The notes: generated by a model not told the origin, from the sequence alone. 64,000 nt of DNA from Desulfosudaceae bacterium (GCA_963674745.2 CAXXDV010000003.1:1440001-1504000); one strand, 5' to 3'; shown: positions 38,046 to 48,871, numbered from the stretch's first letter. Made by a program: numbers and translations.

Positions 38046-40163
38046 ATGGCTGATAAACCGGCATCAGACAGCAGGCTAGACCAGAAAAAAGACTCCCCGC
38101 GGGATGATTTATCCCATCTCGCAAAAGCCATTATTTCCAATGTCGGCGTCGGCATCTATATTGTTCAGAACGGCAACTTTGTATATGTAAGCCAATTATA
38201 CCAAAAGCTTATCGGCTACACGGAAGCAGAGCTCATAGGCATGAACTCCCTTGCCCATATTTACCCCGATGATAGAGAGATGGTCAGGGAAGAAGCCATA
38301 AAATGCTTAAAGGGGGAACGCTTCGAACCCTATGAATACCGGTTTATCAGGAAGAACAATGACGTCATATGGGTTCTGGAGACGATCACTTCAATCGTTT
38401 ATAAAAATGAACGCGCCACGCTGGGCAGTTTTATGGATATCACCGAGCTCAAACACATGGAGACAGCGCTCCGCAAGAGCGAGGAAAAATACCGCACCAT
38501 TCTTGAAAGCATCCGGGAAGGCTATTTTGAAGTCGATCTTGGCGGCAACCTGAACTTCTTCAATGACTCCATGTGCCGGATCGCCGGTTGCACCAAGAAA
38601 GAACTTACGGGCGTGAATTATCAGCAGTTTACAGATACCAATACCGCCCAAAAAGTTCATCGCACGTTTAACCGGGTCTACAAAACAGGGCAACCGGTTG
38701 AAAATTTCGATTGGCAGATTATGGGTAAAAACGGAACTGAACGACATGTCGAAGCGTCCATATCGTTACAAAAAGATGCTTCCGGCAATCCAACCGGATT
38801 TACGGGGATTATGCGCGACATCACGGAACGTAAGCGGATGGAACAGAAACTCAACCATATGGCCACACATGACGCCCTGACCGGGCTGCCCAACCGCTTG
38901 ATGTTCAGTGAGATTCTCAATCACGCCATTAACACCGCCCAGCATCATAACCGACAGTTAGCCGTTTTTTTTATCGATCTTGATCGTTTCAAGTCCATCA
39001 ATGACTCCCTGGGACATGAAGCAGGAGATCTGCTGCTGATAGAAATGGCCAAAAGGTTTAAACAATCGCTGCGTACAAGAGATGTTGTCGGTCGCCTGGG
39101 GGGAGATGAATTCATTATACTGATCGAGGATATCGAAGCGTTAAATCACGTCATCGCCTTTGCGAAGAAGCTTCTCCGTACGGTAAAAAAACCGATGGCG
39201 ATTCTGGATGAGGAATGCCGCGTAACCGCCAGTATCGGCATCAGCCTTTACCCCAAAGACGGGGAGGACGAACAAGCCCTGATGAAGAATGCCGACATGG
39301 CCATGTATCTGGCCAAAGAAGAAGGCAAAAACAACTACCAGTTTTACGCCGAGGATATTCAGATACAGGCTTTTGAACGTTTTGCCATCGAGACAAACCT
39401 GCGTCGCGCATTGGAGCGTAATGAACTGTACCTGGAATATCAGGCCAAGCTGGATTTCAAGACAGACGAGATTACCGGTGTGGAAGCGCTGCTGCGCTGG
39501 GAGAACCCGTACCTTGGTTCAGTCCCCCCGGCGCAGTTCATTCCGTCGGCCGAAGAGATCGGGCTGATCGTGCCCATCGGCAGATGGGTATTGAATACCG
39601 CCTGCGACCAGAATGTCGCCTGGCAACGCCAGGGTTTACCGCCGGTTATAATGAGCGTAAACCTGTCACTCAGGCAGCTCATGGACGATAACCTGTTAGA
39701 AGATATCCATGCCGCACTGGCAAAATCCGGAATGCAGCCGGATTTGCTGGAACTTGAAATCACCGAAAGCATGGCGTTGCACAACCCCGCTCGCCAGCTG
39801 GACCTGATGACCAGATTAAAGGAAATGGGCGTTCGGATCGCCATCGACGATTTTGGTACCGGCTACTCCGCCCTCGCCCAGATCAAACATTTCCCCATCG
39901 ATACGCTCAAGGTGGACCGGTCATTTATTCGGAATATCCCTCAGGATTCTGAGAACAAAGCGATTACCGAAGCCATCATCGCCATGGGCAAAACCCTGTC
40001 GCTTACCGTTGTCGCCGAAGGTGTGGAAACGCTCGAGCAGAATGAATTCCTGAAAGAACGCATCTGCGATGAAATGCAGGGCTTTTATTTCAGCAAACCG
40101 ATCACCCCTGATCAGTTTGCCGACCTGTTGCGCGAGCATACCCCCGCTTCAAAGAAAAAATAA
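38046..40163 (+). CDS. PAS-PAS-GGDEF-EAL protein
   Basis: RLGGDEF, VEALLRW, DDFGTGYS. Confidence 0.95.
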   Translation: MADKPASDSRLDQKKDSPRDDLSHLAKAIISNVGVGIYIVQNGNFVYVSQLYQKLIGYTEAELIGMNSLAHIYPDDREMVREEAIKCLKGERFEPYEYRFIRKNNDVIWVLETITSIVYKNERATLGSFMDITELKHMETALRKSEEKYRTILESIREGYFEVDLGGNLNFFNDSMCRIAGCTKKELTGVNYQQFTDTNTAQKVHRTFNRVYKTGQPVENFDWQIMGKNGTERHVEASISLQKDASGNPTGFTGIMRDITERKRMEQKLNHMATHDALTGLPNRLMFSEILNHAINTAQHHNRQLAVFFIDLDRFKSINDSLGHEAGDLLLIEMAKRFKQSLRTRDVVGRLGGDEFIILIEDIEALNHVIAFAKKLLRTVKKPMAILDEECRVTASIGISLYPKDGEDEQALMKNADMAMYLAKEEGKNNYQFYAEDIQIQAFERFAIETNLRRALERNELYLEYQAKLDFKTDEITGVEALLRWENPYLGSVPPAQFIPSAEEIGLIVPIGRWVLNTACDQNVAWQRQGLPPVIMSVNLSLRQLMDDNLLEDIHAALAKSGMQPDLLELEITESMALHNPARQLDLMTRLKEMGVRIAIDDFGTGYSALAQIKHFPIDTLKVDRSFIRNIPQDSENKAITEAIIAMGKTLSLTVVAEGVETLEQNEFLKERICDEMQGFYFSKPITPDQFADLLREHTPASKKK

Positions 40164-40173
40164 AAGACGCCCA

Positions 40174-42588
40174 TTATCGTTCGACCGCTTCCCGGATTTT
40201 TTCTACCAGAGACCGGTTGGTAAAAGGCTTCTGCAGGAACGGTACATTACCATTCAGCACATCATGATGGGCGATTACATCGTCTGTGTATCCGGACATG
40301 TAAACCGCTTTCAGGCCCGGGTGCTTCCGGACGGCCTGGTGGTACAATTCAACCCCATTCATCCCGGGCATGATAATATCGGTCAGCAAGAGATCAATCG
40401 ATCCGTCATTCTGACCCAGTAAGGACAATGCTTCCCAACCGTTTTTTGCTGTCAGAATGTTGTATCCCTGTCGGGCCAGCATAATTTCAGCCATTTTCCT
40501 CATTGGTTCGTTGTCTTCCACCACCAGAATTGTTTCAGATCCGCCGGCAACATGGACGGGCGGTTCTGTCGGGTCATACCGGGTGTCAACCGCTACAGGT
40601 TCTGTTAATACCGGCAGATAAACCCTGAAACTTGTTCCCTGGCCGGGTCTACTGTCTACCTGGATATTCCCGCCATGCTGCTTGATCACACCATATACAG
40701 TTGCCAGACCCAGACCGGTTCCCTGGTTGACGTCCTTGGTGGTAAAAAAGGGTTCAAAGAGATGCTCCAGGATCTTTTCATCCATACCGACGCCCGTGTC
40801 TTTAATGGACATTACCACATAATCTCCGGGAACCAATTTTCCGAATACGCCATCCGGCGATTCAGCCAGTTCAACCCGTTTTGTATGGATTGTTAAATGT
40901 CCGCCGCCGGGCATGGCATCCTGAGCGTTGATCACCAGGTTCATGACCACCTGTTCCACGTGGCCGGCATCTCCTTTGATAAGCGGCAGAGACGGCTCCA
41001 GTTCAATATGAATAGTGATATCTTCCCGAATGGTGCGGCAAAGCAGTGTTTCAAAGTCTGTCAACAAATCGTTGAGGTTAAGGGGGTTGAAAACCAGTGG
41101 TTGTTTGCGGCTGAAAGCCAGAAGCTGGCCCACCAGGTCCCGCGCCCGCCGGGCCGCTTTGAGAACATCTTCAAGCAATTCCCGCCGGGGATCATCAGGG
41201 GCCGTATCATTCAGCACCATTTCAGAAAAACCGAGAATCGGCGAAAGCAGGTTGTTCAAATCATGGGCCGCACCACCGGCCAGGCGGCTGACAGACTCCA
41301 GTTTCTGGGCCTGATGGAACTGCTCTTCAAGGCTCAGTTTTTCCGCTTCAAATCGTTTTTTATCGGTTATGTCGGGAAAGGCCACAATACCGGCCAGCAG
41401 TTTTCCGTCCTTATCCTTCAGGGGCGCTGCACTGGCCGATATCCAGCGTTCGTCATTCCCCGGGCGAACAATCATTTCAACGTTACGGACCTCTTCACCC
41501 TGCTGAACAGCACGTACCAGCGGCAGATCTTCAACCCGGCAAGGGGTTCCGTCCGGATAAAAGGTGGGGCAGTACTCCTGAAAATCTTTCAACGAGACCC
41601 CCTTCAAATTTTCCGGTTTTTTTGTCATCAGGTCCAGAGCAGCCTGGTTGAAATTCGTAATCGTAACATCCGGCGCCATGGCAATAATAATGGGAATCGG
41701 GATCTGTTCGACGGCAAACTCGAGAAAGTTCAGCGTCTTCCGGGCCTCTTCCTGAGCCCGTCTGCGTTCGGTGATATCAGTGGCGATACCGCACAGGGCA
41801 ATCGGATGGCCGGCATCATTCCGTATCATCTGGGTGCGGCAGTCCACCGTCAAAGGCGTATTATCGGGGCGGAAATTGATGACTTCTCCGCGCCAGGAAC
41901 CGTCACGCAAGGTTTTCTGAAGTATCTCCATTTGAGAAGCGCCTTTTTCCGGATCATCACCGAGTGCGGTAACGTGTTGACCGATCAGGGCTTCTTTTGA
42001 TGTGCCGATAGTGCGGGTATGGATTGCATTGACGTATGTGATGTATCCGTCAAGATCAGTGACAATCACCCGATCTGAGATCTGGTCAAGGACCAGCGAC
42101 TGCAACTTACCAAGTTCATCGGCCGTTTTTTTTTCAGTGATGTCCTGTATAAAGCCAAACAGGCGTTCGGCCGTGCCGTTGGGGCCCATCTCGGCAAAAC
42201 CCCGGGCCAGGCACGTTCTGAGGTTTCCGTCTTTGCGAAAGGCCCGGATTTCGATTTCATAAGGAGCGCCGGTGGTGACGGCTGCTTCCACGGCTTTCAT
42301 CAGGATTTCCCGGTCGTCCGGGTGACAATGGCCGGGATGTTCAATCCAGCCCGGTGCGGGGTTGCCGGGGTCATACTGAAAAATTCGATACAATCCCCTT
42401 GACCAGGTGACCGTGTCGGTGGCGATTTCCCATTCCCAGCTGCCGACGTTGGCAACCTCTTCGGTTCGCTCGAGCATTTTCTGGCTCCGACGCAGAGCCG
42501 CTTCTGATTCCTGGTATTGGGATTCCTTTTTTTGTAACGTTTTAACCTGTTGTTTCAGCGCCTCAAAAGCAGACTGTTGCTTATCCAA
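40174..42588 (-). CDS. Multi-PAS hybrid histidine kinase
   Basis: AHDLNN, FEPFFTTK, GTGLGL, LLTDIIMP; TTG start. Confidence 0.93.
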   Translation of the reverse strand: MDKQQSAFEALKQQVKTLQKKESQYQESEAALRRSQKMLERTEEVANVGSWEWEIATDTVTWSRGLYRIFQYDPGNPAPGWIEHPGHCHPDDREILMKAVEAAVTTGAPYEIEIRAFRKDGNLRTCLARGFAEMGPNGTAERLFGFIQDITEKKTADELGKLQSLVLDQISDRVIVTDLDGYITYVNAIHTRTIGTSKEALIGQHVTALGDDPEKGASQMEILQKTLRDGSWRGEVINFRPDNTPLTVDCRTQMIRNDAGHPIALCGIATDITERRRAQEEARKTLNFLEFAVEQIPIPIIIAMAPDVTITNFNQAALDLMTKKPENLKGVSLKDFQEYCPTFYPDGTPCRVEDLPLVRAVQQGEEVRNVEMIVRPGNDERWISASAAPLKDKDGKLLAGIVAFPDITDKKRFEAEKLSLEEQFHQAQKLESVSRLAGGAAHDLNNLLSPILGFSEMVLNDTAPDDPRRELLEDVLKAARRARDLVGQLLAFSRKQPLVFNPLNLNDLLTDFETLLCRTIREDITIHIELEPSLPLIKGDAGHVEQVVMNLVINAQDAMPGGGHLTIHTKRVELAESPDGVFGKLVPGDYVVMSIKDTGVGMDEKILEHLFEPFFTTKDVNQGTGLGLATVYGVIKQHGGNIQVDSRPGQGTSFRVYLPVLTEPVAVDTRYDPTEPPVHVAGGSETILVVEDNEPMRKMAEIMLARQGYNILTAKNGWEALSLLGQNDGSIDLLLTDIIMPGMNGVELYHQAVRKHPGLKAVYMSGYTDDVIAHHDVLNGNVPFLQKPFTNRSLVEKIREAVER

Positions 42589-42939
42589 GTAAAATCCCTC
42601 CCCCAGACCGAACAGTTTTCGAACAATCGTTTAACAGGTGCTTATTGATGAAAAAAGCCGTATTTTAAAAATTATTACAAAATCAGTATTTTTTGTCAAT
42701 TCTCGTGTCACTTGGACAGGTATAATGTTCACGAAACGGATGTCCCCGGGATTAACGACGGGGTTTAAAAGCCGTTTTCCCACAAAATACGCTTTCCTTA
42801 AAAAGCTTGTCTTAGACCCAAAAAACTTCTATTTTCAGAACACAATTTTTCACTACCGGGTACCACGGGCAAAGCCAAACCCGCCCGTGAAGCCAAAACC
42901 GACGAATTCGGTGTTCGAGAAACAAGAGATGGAAAACAT

Positions 42940-44733
42940 ATGGCCTTAATCAGCATGCAGAATGTCCGTTACGGTTTCGGCGGGTCCGACCTCCTGGACG
43001 GCATCAGCTTTAACATTGAAAAAGGCGAACGGGTCGGGCTCCTGGGCCGCAACGGCGCCGGCAAGTCCACCCTGCTCCGGCTCCTGAACCGTGAGATCCA
43101 GCCGGACAGCGGAGAAATCGTTACCACCCAGGGCATCCGGGTTGCCGCCCTGGAACAGGAGGTGGCTGCTCAAAGCGATGGCACCGTCTATGAAGTGGTG
43201 GCGAGCGGCCTGCAGCACACACGCCACACCGAGGGCGGGTGGGAGCTGCAGCAGCAGGTCGAAAACATTCTGTCGCGCACCGATCTTGATCCTGACAAAC
43301 GTTTTGCCGACATGTCGGCCGGCATGAAACGCCGGGCCCTGTTCGCCCGGTCTATGGTCCTGTCGCCCGACCTGCTGCTTCTGGATGAACCGACCAACCA
43401 TATGGATATCGAAAGTATCATCTGGATGGAATCATTTCTCCTGCGCCATGTCCAGACCCTGCTGTTTATCACCCATGACCGTGTTTTTCTGGACCGGCTG
43501 GCCACCCGGATCATGCTCCTGGACCGCGGTCGACTGTTTTCCTATAACTGCGACTACAAAATCTATCTGCAACGTCGCGAGGCGGAACTGGCGGCTGAAG
43601 CCGAGCAACAGCGCAATTTTGACAAAAAGCTCACCAAAGAAGAGGCCTGGATCCGGCAGGGCATCAAGGCCCGGCGCACCCGCAACGAAGGCCGGGTGCG
43701 CGCTTTAGAAAAAATGCGGAACCAGGTCCGGCAACGCCGCGCGAAAACCGGCCAGGTGCGCCTGGAACTCCAGGAGGCCGAACGCACCGGCAAACTGGTC
43801 ATCGACGCCAAAGACCTGACCTATGCCTACCAAGGGGCACCCCTCGTGCGTGATCTTTCCACTACCATCATGCGCGGCGACAAGGTCGGTATCATCGGCC
43901 CCAACGGCGCGGGCAAAACCACCCTGATCCAGCTCCTGCTGGGCAACCTTAAGCCGGACAGCGGCACCGTCCGCCACGGCACCCACCTGCAGCCGGCCTA
44001 TTTCGATCAGCTCAGGAGTCAACTTGACGAGCAGAAGACCGTCGTGCAGAACATCTCAACCGATAATGATTATATTGTATTCAACGGTCAGAAGCGCCAC
44101 GTCATCGGTTACCTGCAGGATTTTCTGTTTTCCCCGGATCGCTGCCGCACCCCGGTTCACGTACTTTCCGGCGGAGAGCGCAACCGCCTGATGCTGGCCA
44201 GACTCTTTACCCGGCCGGCCAACCTGCTGGTACTCGACGAGCCCACCAACGACCTGGATGCCGAAACCCTGGAACTGCTCGAAGAACTGCTGTTTTCCTT
44301 TGACGGCACCCTGCTGCTGGTCAGCCACGACCGCAGTTTTTTAAACCATATCGTCACCAGCACCCTGGCGTTTGAAGGCAACGGCCGGATCGTCGAATAT
44401 GCCGGCGGATACGATGACTGGCTGGCCCAGCGCCCTGCTCCCCCTGCTTCGGAACCGGCCAGGCCCAAACAGGCGCCCTCCCCCAAACCCAAAACGCCTG
44501 TTAAACCCAAAAAGTTGACCTTTGCCCAGAATCGTGAACTAAAGGAACTGCCCGCCCTGATCGAAGCCCTTGAGACCGAGCAGCGCCAACTCCACGCCGC
44601 CATGGCCGATTCGGCTTTCTACAAGCAGGATCCACAAGAAATCAAGGCCCGGCAACAACGTCTCCAGAAAGTCGGAGACACCATCGACTCCCACTACCGC
44701 CGCTGGGAAGAACTTGAAGGGTTGAGCAGATGA
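42940..44733 (+). CDS. uup: ABC-F ATPase, Uup-like
   Basis: Two NBDs (GRNGAGKS, GPNGAGKT); WIRQGIKARRTRNEGRVRAL linker; C-terminal coiled coil ending RWEELE. Confidence 0.88.
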   Translation: MALISMQNVRYGFGGSDLLDGISFNIEKGERVGLLGRNGAGKSTLLRLLNREIQPDSGEIVTTQGIRVAALEQEVAAQSDGTVYEVVASGLQHTRHTEGGWELQQQVENILSRTDLDPDKRFADMSAGMKRRALFARSMVLSPDLLLLDEPTNHMDIESIIWMESFLLRHVQTLLFITHDRVFLDRLATRIMLLDRGRLFSYNCDYKIYLQRREAELAAEAEQQRNFDKKLTKEEAWIRQGIKARRTRNEGRVRALEKMRNQVRQRRAKTGQVRLELQEAERTGKLVIDAKDLTYAYQGAPLVRDLSTTIMRGDKVGIIGPNGAGKTTLIQLLLGNLKPDSGTVRHGTHLQPAYFDQLRSQLDEQKTVVQNISTDNDYIVFNGQKRHVIGYLQDFLFSPDRCRTPVHVLSGGERNRLMLARLFTRPANLLVLDEPTNDLDAETLELLEELLFSFDGTLLLVSHDRSFLNHIVTSTLAFEGNGRIVEYAGGYDDWLAQRPAPPASEPARPKQAPSPKPKTPVKPKKLTFAQNRELKELPALIEALETEQRQLHAAMADSAFYKQDPQEIKARQQRLQKVGDTIDSHYRRWEELEGLSR

Positions 44734-45929
44734 TTCCAAAAAGCAAGAAACAGGAACCGTTTCAATGGGGAGGGGTTCTTTTAATTTCGTTTTGCCATTT
44801 TATCCATGACATTTTTTCAAGTTTCTTTTCGCCGCTTTTACCCCTGCTGGTGGAAAAACTGTCGATAAGCCTTACCGCCGCCGGCTTTCTGGGAACGATT
44901 ACGCAACTTCCGGCCCTGCTGAATCCGCTAATCGGCAGATGGGCCGACCGGGGCAACACCATTCGATGGTTTATTGTTCTTGCACCGACACTCACCTCGA
45001 TCCCCATGAGCCTCCTGGGCCTGGCCCCTTCATACGGTGTGGTGGCCATACTGCTGCTGGTGGTGGGTATCAGCACAGCGCTTTTTCACGTGCCGGCCCC
45101 TGTCATGGTGGCGCAGCTTTCCGGAGACCACAAAGGCCGGGGAATGAGTTTTTTCATGGTCGGCGGAGAATTTTCACGAACCATCGGCCCTGTCGCCGCC
45201 GTGGGCGCCGTATCGCTCTGGGGACTTGAAGGTTATTACCCGGTCATGCTGATCGGCATTTTATCCTCTGTACTGATTTATTTCCGTTTCAAAGATCTGA
45301 ATCTTACCTTTAAAAAAGAAGCCCCCGTGCCATTAAAAAAATCGTGGGGGGAAATCAAAAGGGTCATGAAACCGTTGACCGCCATCCTGGTTGCCAGGGG
45401 ATTCATGCATGGTTCCCTGTCCACCTTTCTGCCCCTTTTCATCAGGCAGGAAACCGGCAGCTTATGGCTGGCCGGCGCCGGGCTTGCCCTGTATGAAGCC
45501 TCAGGCGTCCTGGGCATTTTTTCCGCCGGTCCCTTGAGCGACAGGCTGGGCCGACGACGCGTTTTGGGGATTACCCTCGCTTTGGCGCCCTTCTTCCTGT
45601 TTCTTTTTGTGGTCCTTCCCGGTTCATATAAAGTGCCGGCACTGATCTGCACGGGATTTACGCTTTTATCCACCACCCCGGTAATGCTGGCCATGATTCA
45701 GGAACATGCCAGAAACAGCCCTTCCGCCGCCAATGGCTTCTTCATGATGGCTTCATTTCTTGCCCGTTCGGCCGTTATCGTTCTGGTGGGTTTTTGCGGA
45801 GACTTGGTGGGATTGAAAACAACCTACTATATCAGTGCCCTTCTGGGGATTATGGGCATCCCCTTTTTATTTATGATTCCGGTATACTTAACATTGAAAG
45901 AACTAGAGCGTGCCGGTTTCAGAAAATAA
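44730..45929 (+). CDS. MFS transporter (Fsr-like)
   Basis: About 12 TM; HFIHD, FHVPA, GMSFFMVGG, GPLSDRLGRR. Confidence 0.88.
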   Translation: MIPKSKKQEPFQWGGVLLISFCHFIHDIFSSFFSPLLPLLVEKLSISLTAAGFLGTITQLPALLNPLIGRWADRGNTIRWFIVLAPTLTSIPMSLLGLAPSYGVVAILLLVVGISTALFHVPAPVMVAQLSGDHKGRGMSFFMVGGEFSRTIGPVAAVGAVSLWGLEGYYPVMLIGILSSVLIYFRFKDLNLTFKKEAPVPLKKSWGEIKRVMKPLTAILVARGFMHGSLSTFLPLFIRQETGSLWLAGAGLALYEASGVLGIFSAGPLSDRLGRRRVLGITLALAPFFLFLFVVLPGSYKVPALICTGFTLLSTTPVMLAMIQEHARNSPSAANGFFMMASFLARSAVIVLVGFCGDLVGLKTTYYISALLGIMGIPFLFMIPVYLTLKELERAGFRK

Positions 45930-46004
45930 CCATGACATGCCTGACCGAAAAGAAAATAATATTAAACACATGTAGAATTCTTTGAAAAACGGGCCGGACA
46001 AAAG

Positions 46005-46033
46005 TTGACACGCGATTCCGTTTTTGATATAAC
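46005..46033 (+). promoter_or_regulatory. Sigma70 promoter
   Basis: TTGACA-17nt-TATAAC. Confidence 0.65.
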
Positions 46034-46087
46034 TTACAGATATAAAATATAATTTCTTTCTCCCCTCTTACCCTTAACTGTCCGGAG

Positions 46088-48829
46088 ATGCTCATGACAA
46101 AAGTACTGCTCACCAATGCCATTGGTCCCTATGATCTGGGTTGGGGCGAAGACATGACCGACCTTTTCGGCGCCCGTCTGACAAGGGGCCAGGGCCCGTT
46201 TACCTTACGGGGATATTTTTACACCTTTGCCTTTTACCTGATTGCCGAAAACATAAATGTCCCGACAACGATTATCGAGCATCCGGATGAAGCGATTTTC
46301 CGCAAGGAACTTGCCAAAGGGTATGACTACATCGGTCTCCAGGTGGTGACGGTCCATGTGCCGCGAATTGCGAAAATGGTTCGGATCATCAAGGAAGTTT
46401 CGCCGCAGAGCAAGATCGTTCTGGGCGGCTATGGCGTGGCCACCCTGTATCAGTTTCGCCGCAGAGCAAGATCGTTCTGGGCGGCTATGGCGTGGCCACC
46501 CTGTATCATCCACCGCCCCCCGGAAAATAACGCCCAATACATTCTGGACAATGCCGACTATGTCTGCCGGGAAGAAGGCGTCGGCTTTTTCAGGAAGATT
46601 CTGGGGCAGGACCCGGACGAACCCATTACCCAGTTGCATCAGCCGATAGCCCTTTCCACCTTGCGCGGCCTGGACAATCTGGCTGTTATGCCCACCACCT
46701 CCACCCTGGTGGCACTGGGGTGCCCCAATGCCTGTGAATTCTGCAACACCTCGGCTTTTTTCCGGTTCAAAAAAATTCAGGTTTCCACGCCCGAACAGAC
46801 CGTAGAAGCGCTCAAGGCCCAGATGAAAAACTACACCTACGACCGGTTTGTTTACAACATGCTCTGGGACGAAGATTTTCTGCTCGACCGGCCCTACGTC
46901 ATGCGTTTAGCCCATCTTCTCCAGAAGGAAGGGCTTATCGGAAAAGTTCATCTTTCCTCTTTTGCCAGCATTCGCGCCATTTCTCAGTACACGGTCGAGG
47001 AGCTGGTCATGGCCGGTATCGGCGCGCTCTGGATCGGGGTGGAGTCCAAATTCGAAGATGTGGTTACTTCCGTTCATCATTTTCAGAAACGGGCCGGCAA
47101 GGATGTCAAAGCGGTTTTTGATGATCTGCACCGGTACGGCATCCAGATTATCGGCTCCAACATTCTGGGTCTTGATTTTCACACCCCGGATAATATTGAA
47201 GAAGACATCGACTATTTTGTCTCCTTAAAGCCGGATCTGTATCAGGTGGCACCCCTGACGCCCTGCCCGGGAACCATGCTCTATGACCGTATGCAGGAAG
47301 AGGAACGGCTCTACGAAAATTTTTCATTTGAAGATGTACAGATCTGGAGCGACAAGATTTTTAAACACACCAATTTTTCCGACGGTAAGATCAAATACTA
47401 CTTTGATCTGTGCCATAAAAAGCTCTACGAAACCAACGGCCCGACTATTCTCAACATTTCCGACGTGCTGATGCAGGGATACCACACCATGGTGCACTCG
47501 CCCAATCCCCTTCTCCAGGCTGTAGCAGACCGGTGTTATTTTGAGGCCAAGTACATGCAGGGTGACCTGTATTACAGCATAAAAAAACTGGCCCCCACCG
47601 AGACGGTTCGAAAGCGGGCCGAGGCCCTGGAGCAAAAAGCGTTGAAGTATTTCGGCGACTACTCCCGGGAACAAAAGATAACCCAGAAGTTTATATATCG
47701 CCGTTTGCTGGCCGAGTCGAAAAACACAAAACGGGAATCCGACCCGCCCTGGGAGATCATCCGGTTTAACGGTGACAAGTCGGCGCCCGGGACCGTGGCG
47801 CGGCGGAATCCGGGACAACATCTGTATCAACAAACACTCCGGGGCCTGGTAAAAAGGCTGCTCAGGATCGGAGTCGAGCCGGATCGCGCCATACGGCTGG
47901 CGGATATTGACGATTTTCCGGTCGACTTCAAGCAGGTGGAAATTGAGGGCGATCGCATCAGTTACGTGGACGAAGGCCGGGGCGAGACCATTCTCATGAT
48001 CCACGGCAATGCCACCTGGTCCTATCTCTACCGCCACCTGATCGCCGACCTGAAACAGGACTATCGCTGTGTGGCCATAGACCTTCTGGGCTACGGCCTG
48101 TCGGACAAGCCGCCCCATGCAGACTATTCCATGGAGGCTCATATCCGGCGGCTGGGAAAATTTATCGATGCGCTGGGCCTGACAGACATCACCCTGGTCT
48201 GCCAGGACTGGGGCGGCATTATCGGGTTGAGTTACGCTTCGGCCAACAAGGAAAAATTCAAGCGGCTGGTTCCCATGAACACCACCGGTTTCCTGCCGGA
48301 AAAGATTTCCGAAGCAGCCCAGTGCCTGGGCGCCACCGCCTTTCCCTATCTGTGGTCCTACAAAATACCCCTACTGGGAAAATACATGGCCATGAACTGG
48401 AATCTTTTCTTGAGGTCTTCCATGCGACTGGGTATTCACAATAAGGGCCGCCTGCACGAAAAGGCCTTAAACGGATATCTGTATCCCTTTCAACGGACGC
48501 ACGAGCGTACCGCCATCATGAAGTCGGTGCGGCAGATTCCCTTCGGTCCGTTCGGCCCTATTGCCCGGCTGCTGCGGCAGACCGGCAAAAATCTGGACGG
48601 CTGGAACATCCGCACCCGGGTGATCTGGGGCATGAAAGACCCGGTGTTTGTGCCCTGGTTTATCAAAAAATTCGAACAATTGCTGCCGAATCACGCCCCG
48701 TGCGTTAAAATTGCCACGGCCAGCCATTACCTGCAGGATGACGAGCCGGATCTGATCATTGCCGGTATCCGGGAACTGATGCAGGAAGACGCGCAGGATG
48801 ATGCCGTTTCTGCCGCGGCAGCGAGTTAA
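46088..48829 (+). CDS. B12-binding-like/radical SAM protein fused to a haloalkane-dehalogenase/OleB-like alpha/beta hydrolase
   Basis: KIVLGGYG, GCPNACEFC, LTPCPGT; C-terminal SYVDEG, HGNATWSYLYR, QDWGG, ASHYLQDD. Confidence 0.85.
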   Translation: MLMTKVLLTNAIGPYDLGWGEDMTDLFGARLTRGQGPFTLRGYFYTFAFYLIAENINVPTTIIEHPDEAIFRKELAKGYDYIGLQVVTVHVPRIAKMVRIIKEVSPQSKIVLGGYGVATLYQFRRRARSFWAAMAWPPCIIHRPPENNAQYILDNADYVCREEGVGFFRKILGQDPDEPITQLHQPIALSTLRGLDNLAVMPTTSTLVALGCPNACEFCNTSAFFRFKKIQVSTPEQTVEALKAQMKNYTYDRFVYNMLWDEDFLLDRPYVMRLAHLLQKEGLIGKVHLSSFASIRAISQYTVEELVMAGIGALWIGVESKFEDVVTSVHHFQKRAGKDVKAVFDDLHRYGIQIIGSNILGLDFHTPDNIEEDIDYFVSLKPDLYQVAPLTPCPGTMLYDRMQEEERLYENFSFEDVQIWSDKIFKHTNFSDGKIKYYFDLCHKKLYETNGPTILNISDVLMQGYHTMVHSPNPLLQAVADRCYFEAKYMQGDLYYSIKKLAPTETVRKRAEALEQKALKYFGDYSREQKITQKFIYRRLLAESKNTKRESDPPWEIIRFNGDKSAPGTVARRNPGQHLYQQTLRGLVKRLLRIGVEPDRAIRLADIDDFPVDFKQVEIEGDRISYVDEGRGETILMIHGNATWSYLYRHLIADLKQDYRCVAIDLLGYGLSDKPPHADYSMEAHIRRLGKFIDALGLTDITLVCQDWGGIIGLSYASANKEKFKRLVPMNTTGFLPEKISEAAQCLGATAFPYLWSYKIPLLGKYMAMNWNLFLRSSMRLGIHNKGRLHEKALNGYLYPFQRTHERTAIMKSVRQIPFGPFGPIARLLRQTGKNLDGWNIRTRVIWGMKDPVFVPWFIKKFEQLLPNHAPCVKIATASHYLQDDEPDLIIAGIRELMQEDAQDDAVSAAAAS
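46396..46507. repeat. Exact 56-bp tandem duplication inside the CDS
   Basis: 46396-46451 is identical to 46452-46507. Confidence 0.95.
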
Positions 48830-48834
48830 TTAAA

Positions 48835-48871
48835 AGGGTCCAAGGGACCCAGGGGTCAAGGATTCAAGGGA
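48835..48871. repeat. Octamer array half-copy (same family as 10252)
   Basis: gggtccaa gggaccca ggggtcaa ggattcaa gg immediately after the stop codon. Confidence 0.65.

Noticed and set aside
40897..42000. 367-aa + strand ORF
   Set aside because: Antisense to a clear histidine kinase.
26973..42588. Signalling-gene cluster as a novel system
   Set aside because: PAS kinases and GGDEF/EAL genes are ordinary in this type of genome and are not operonic here.
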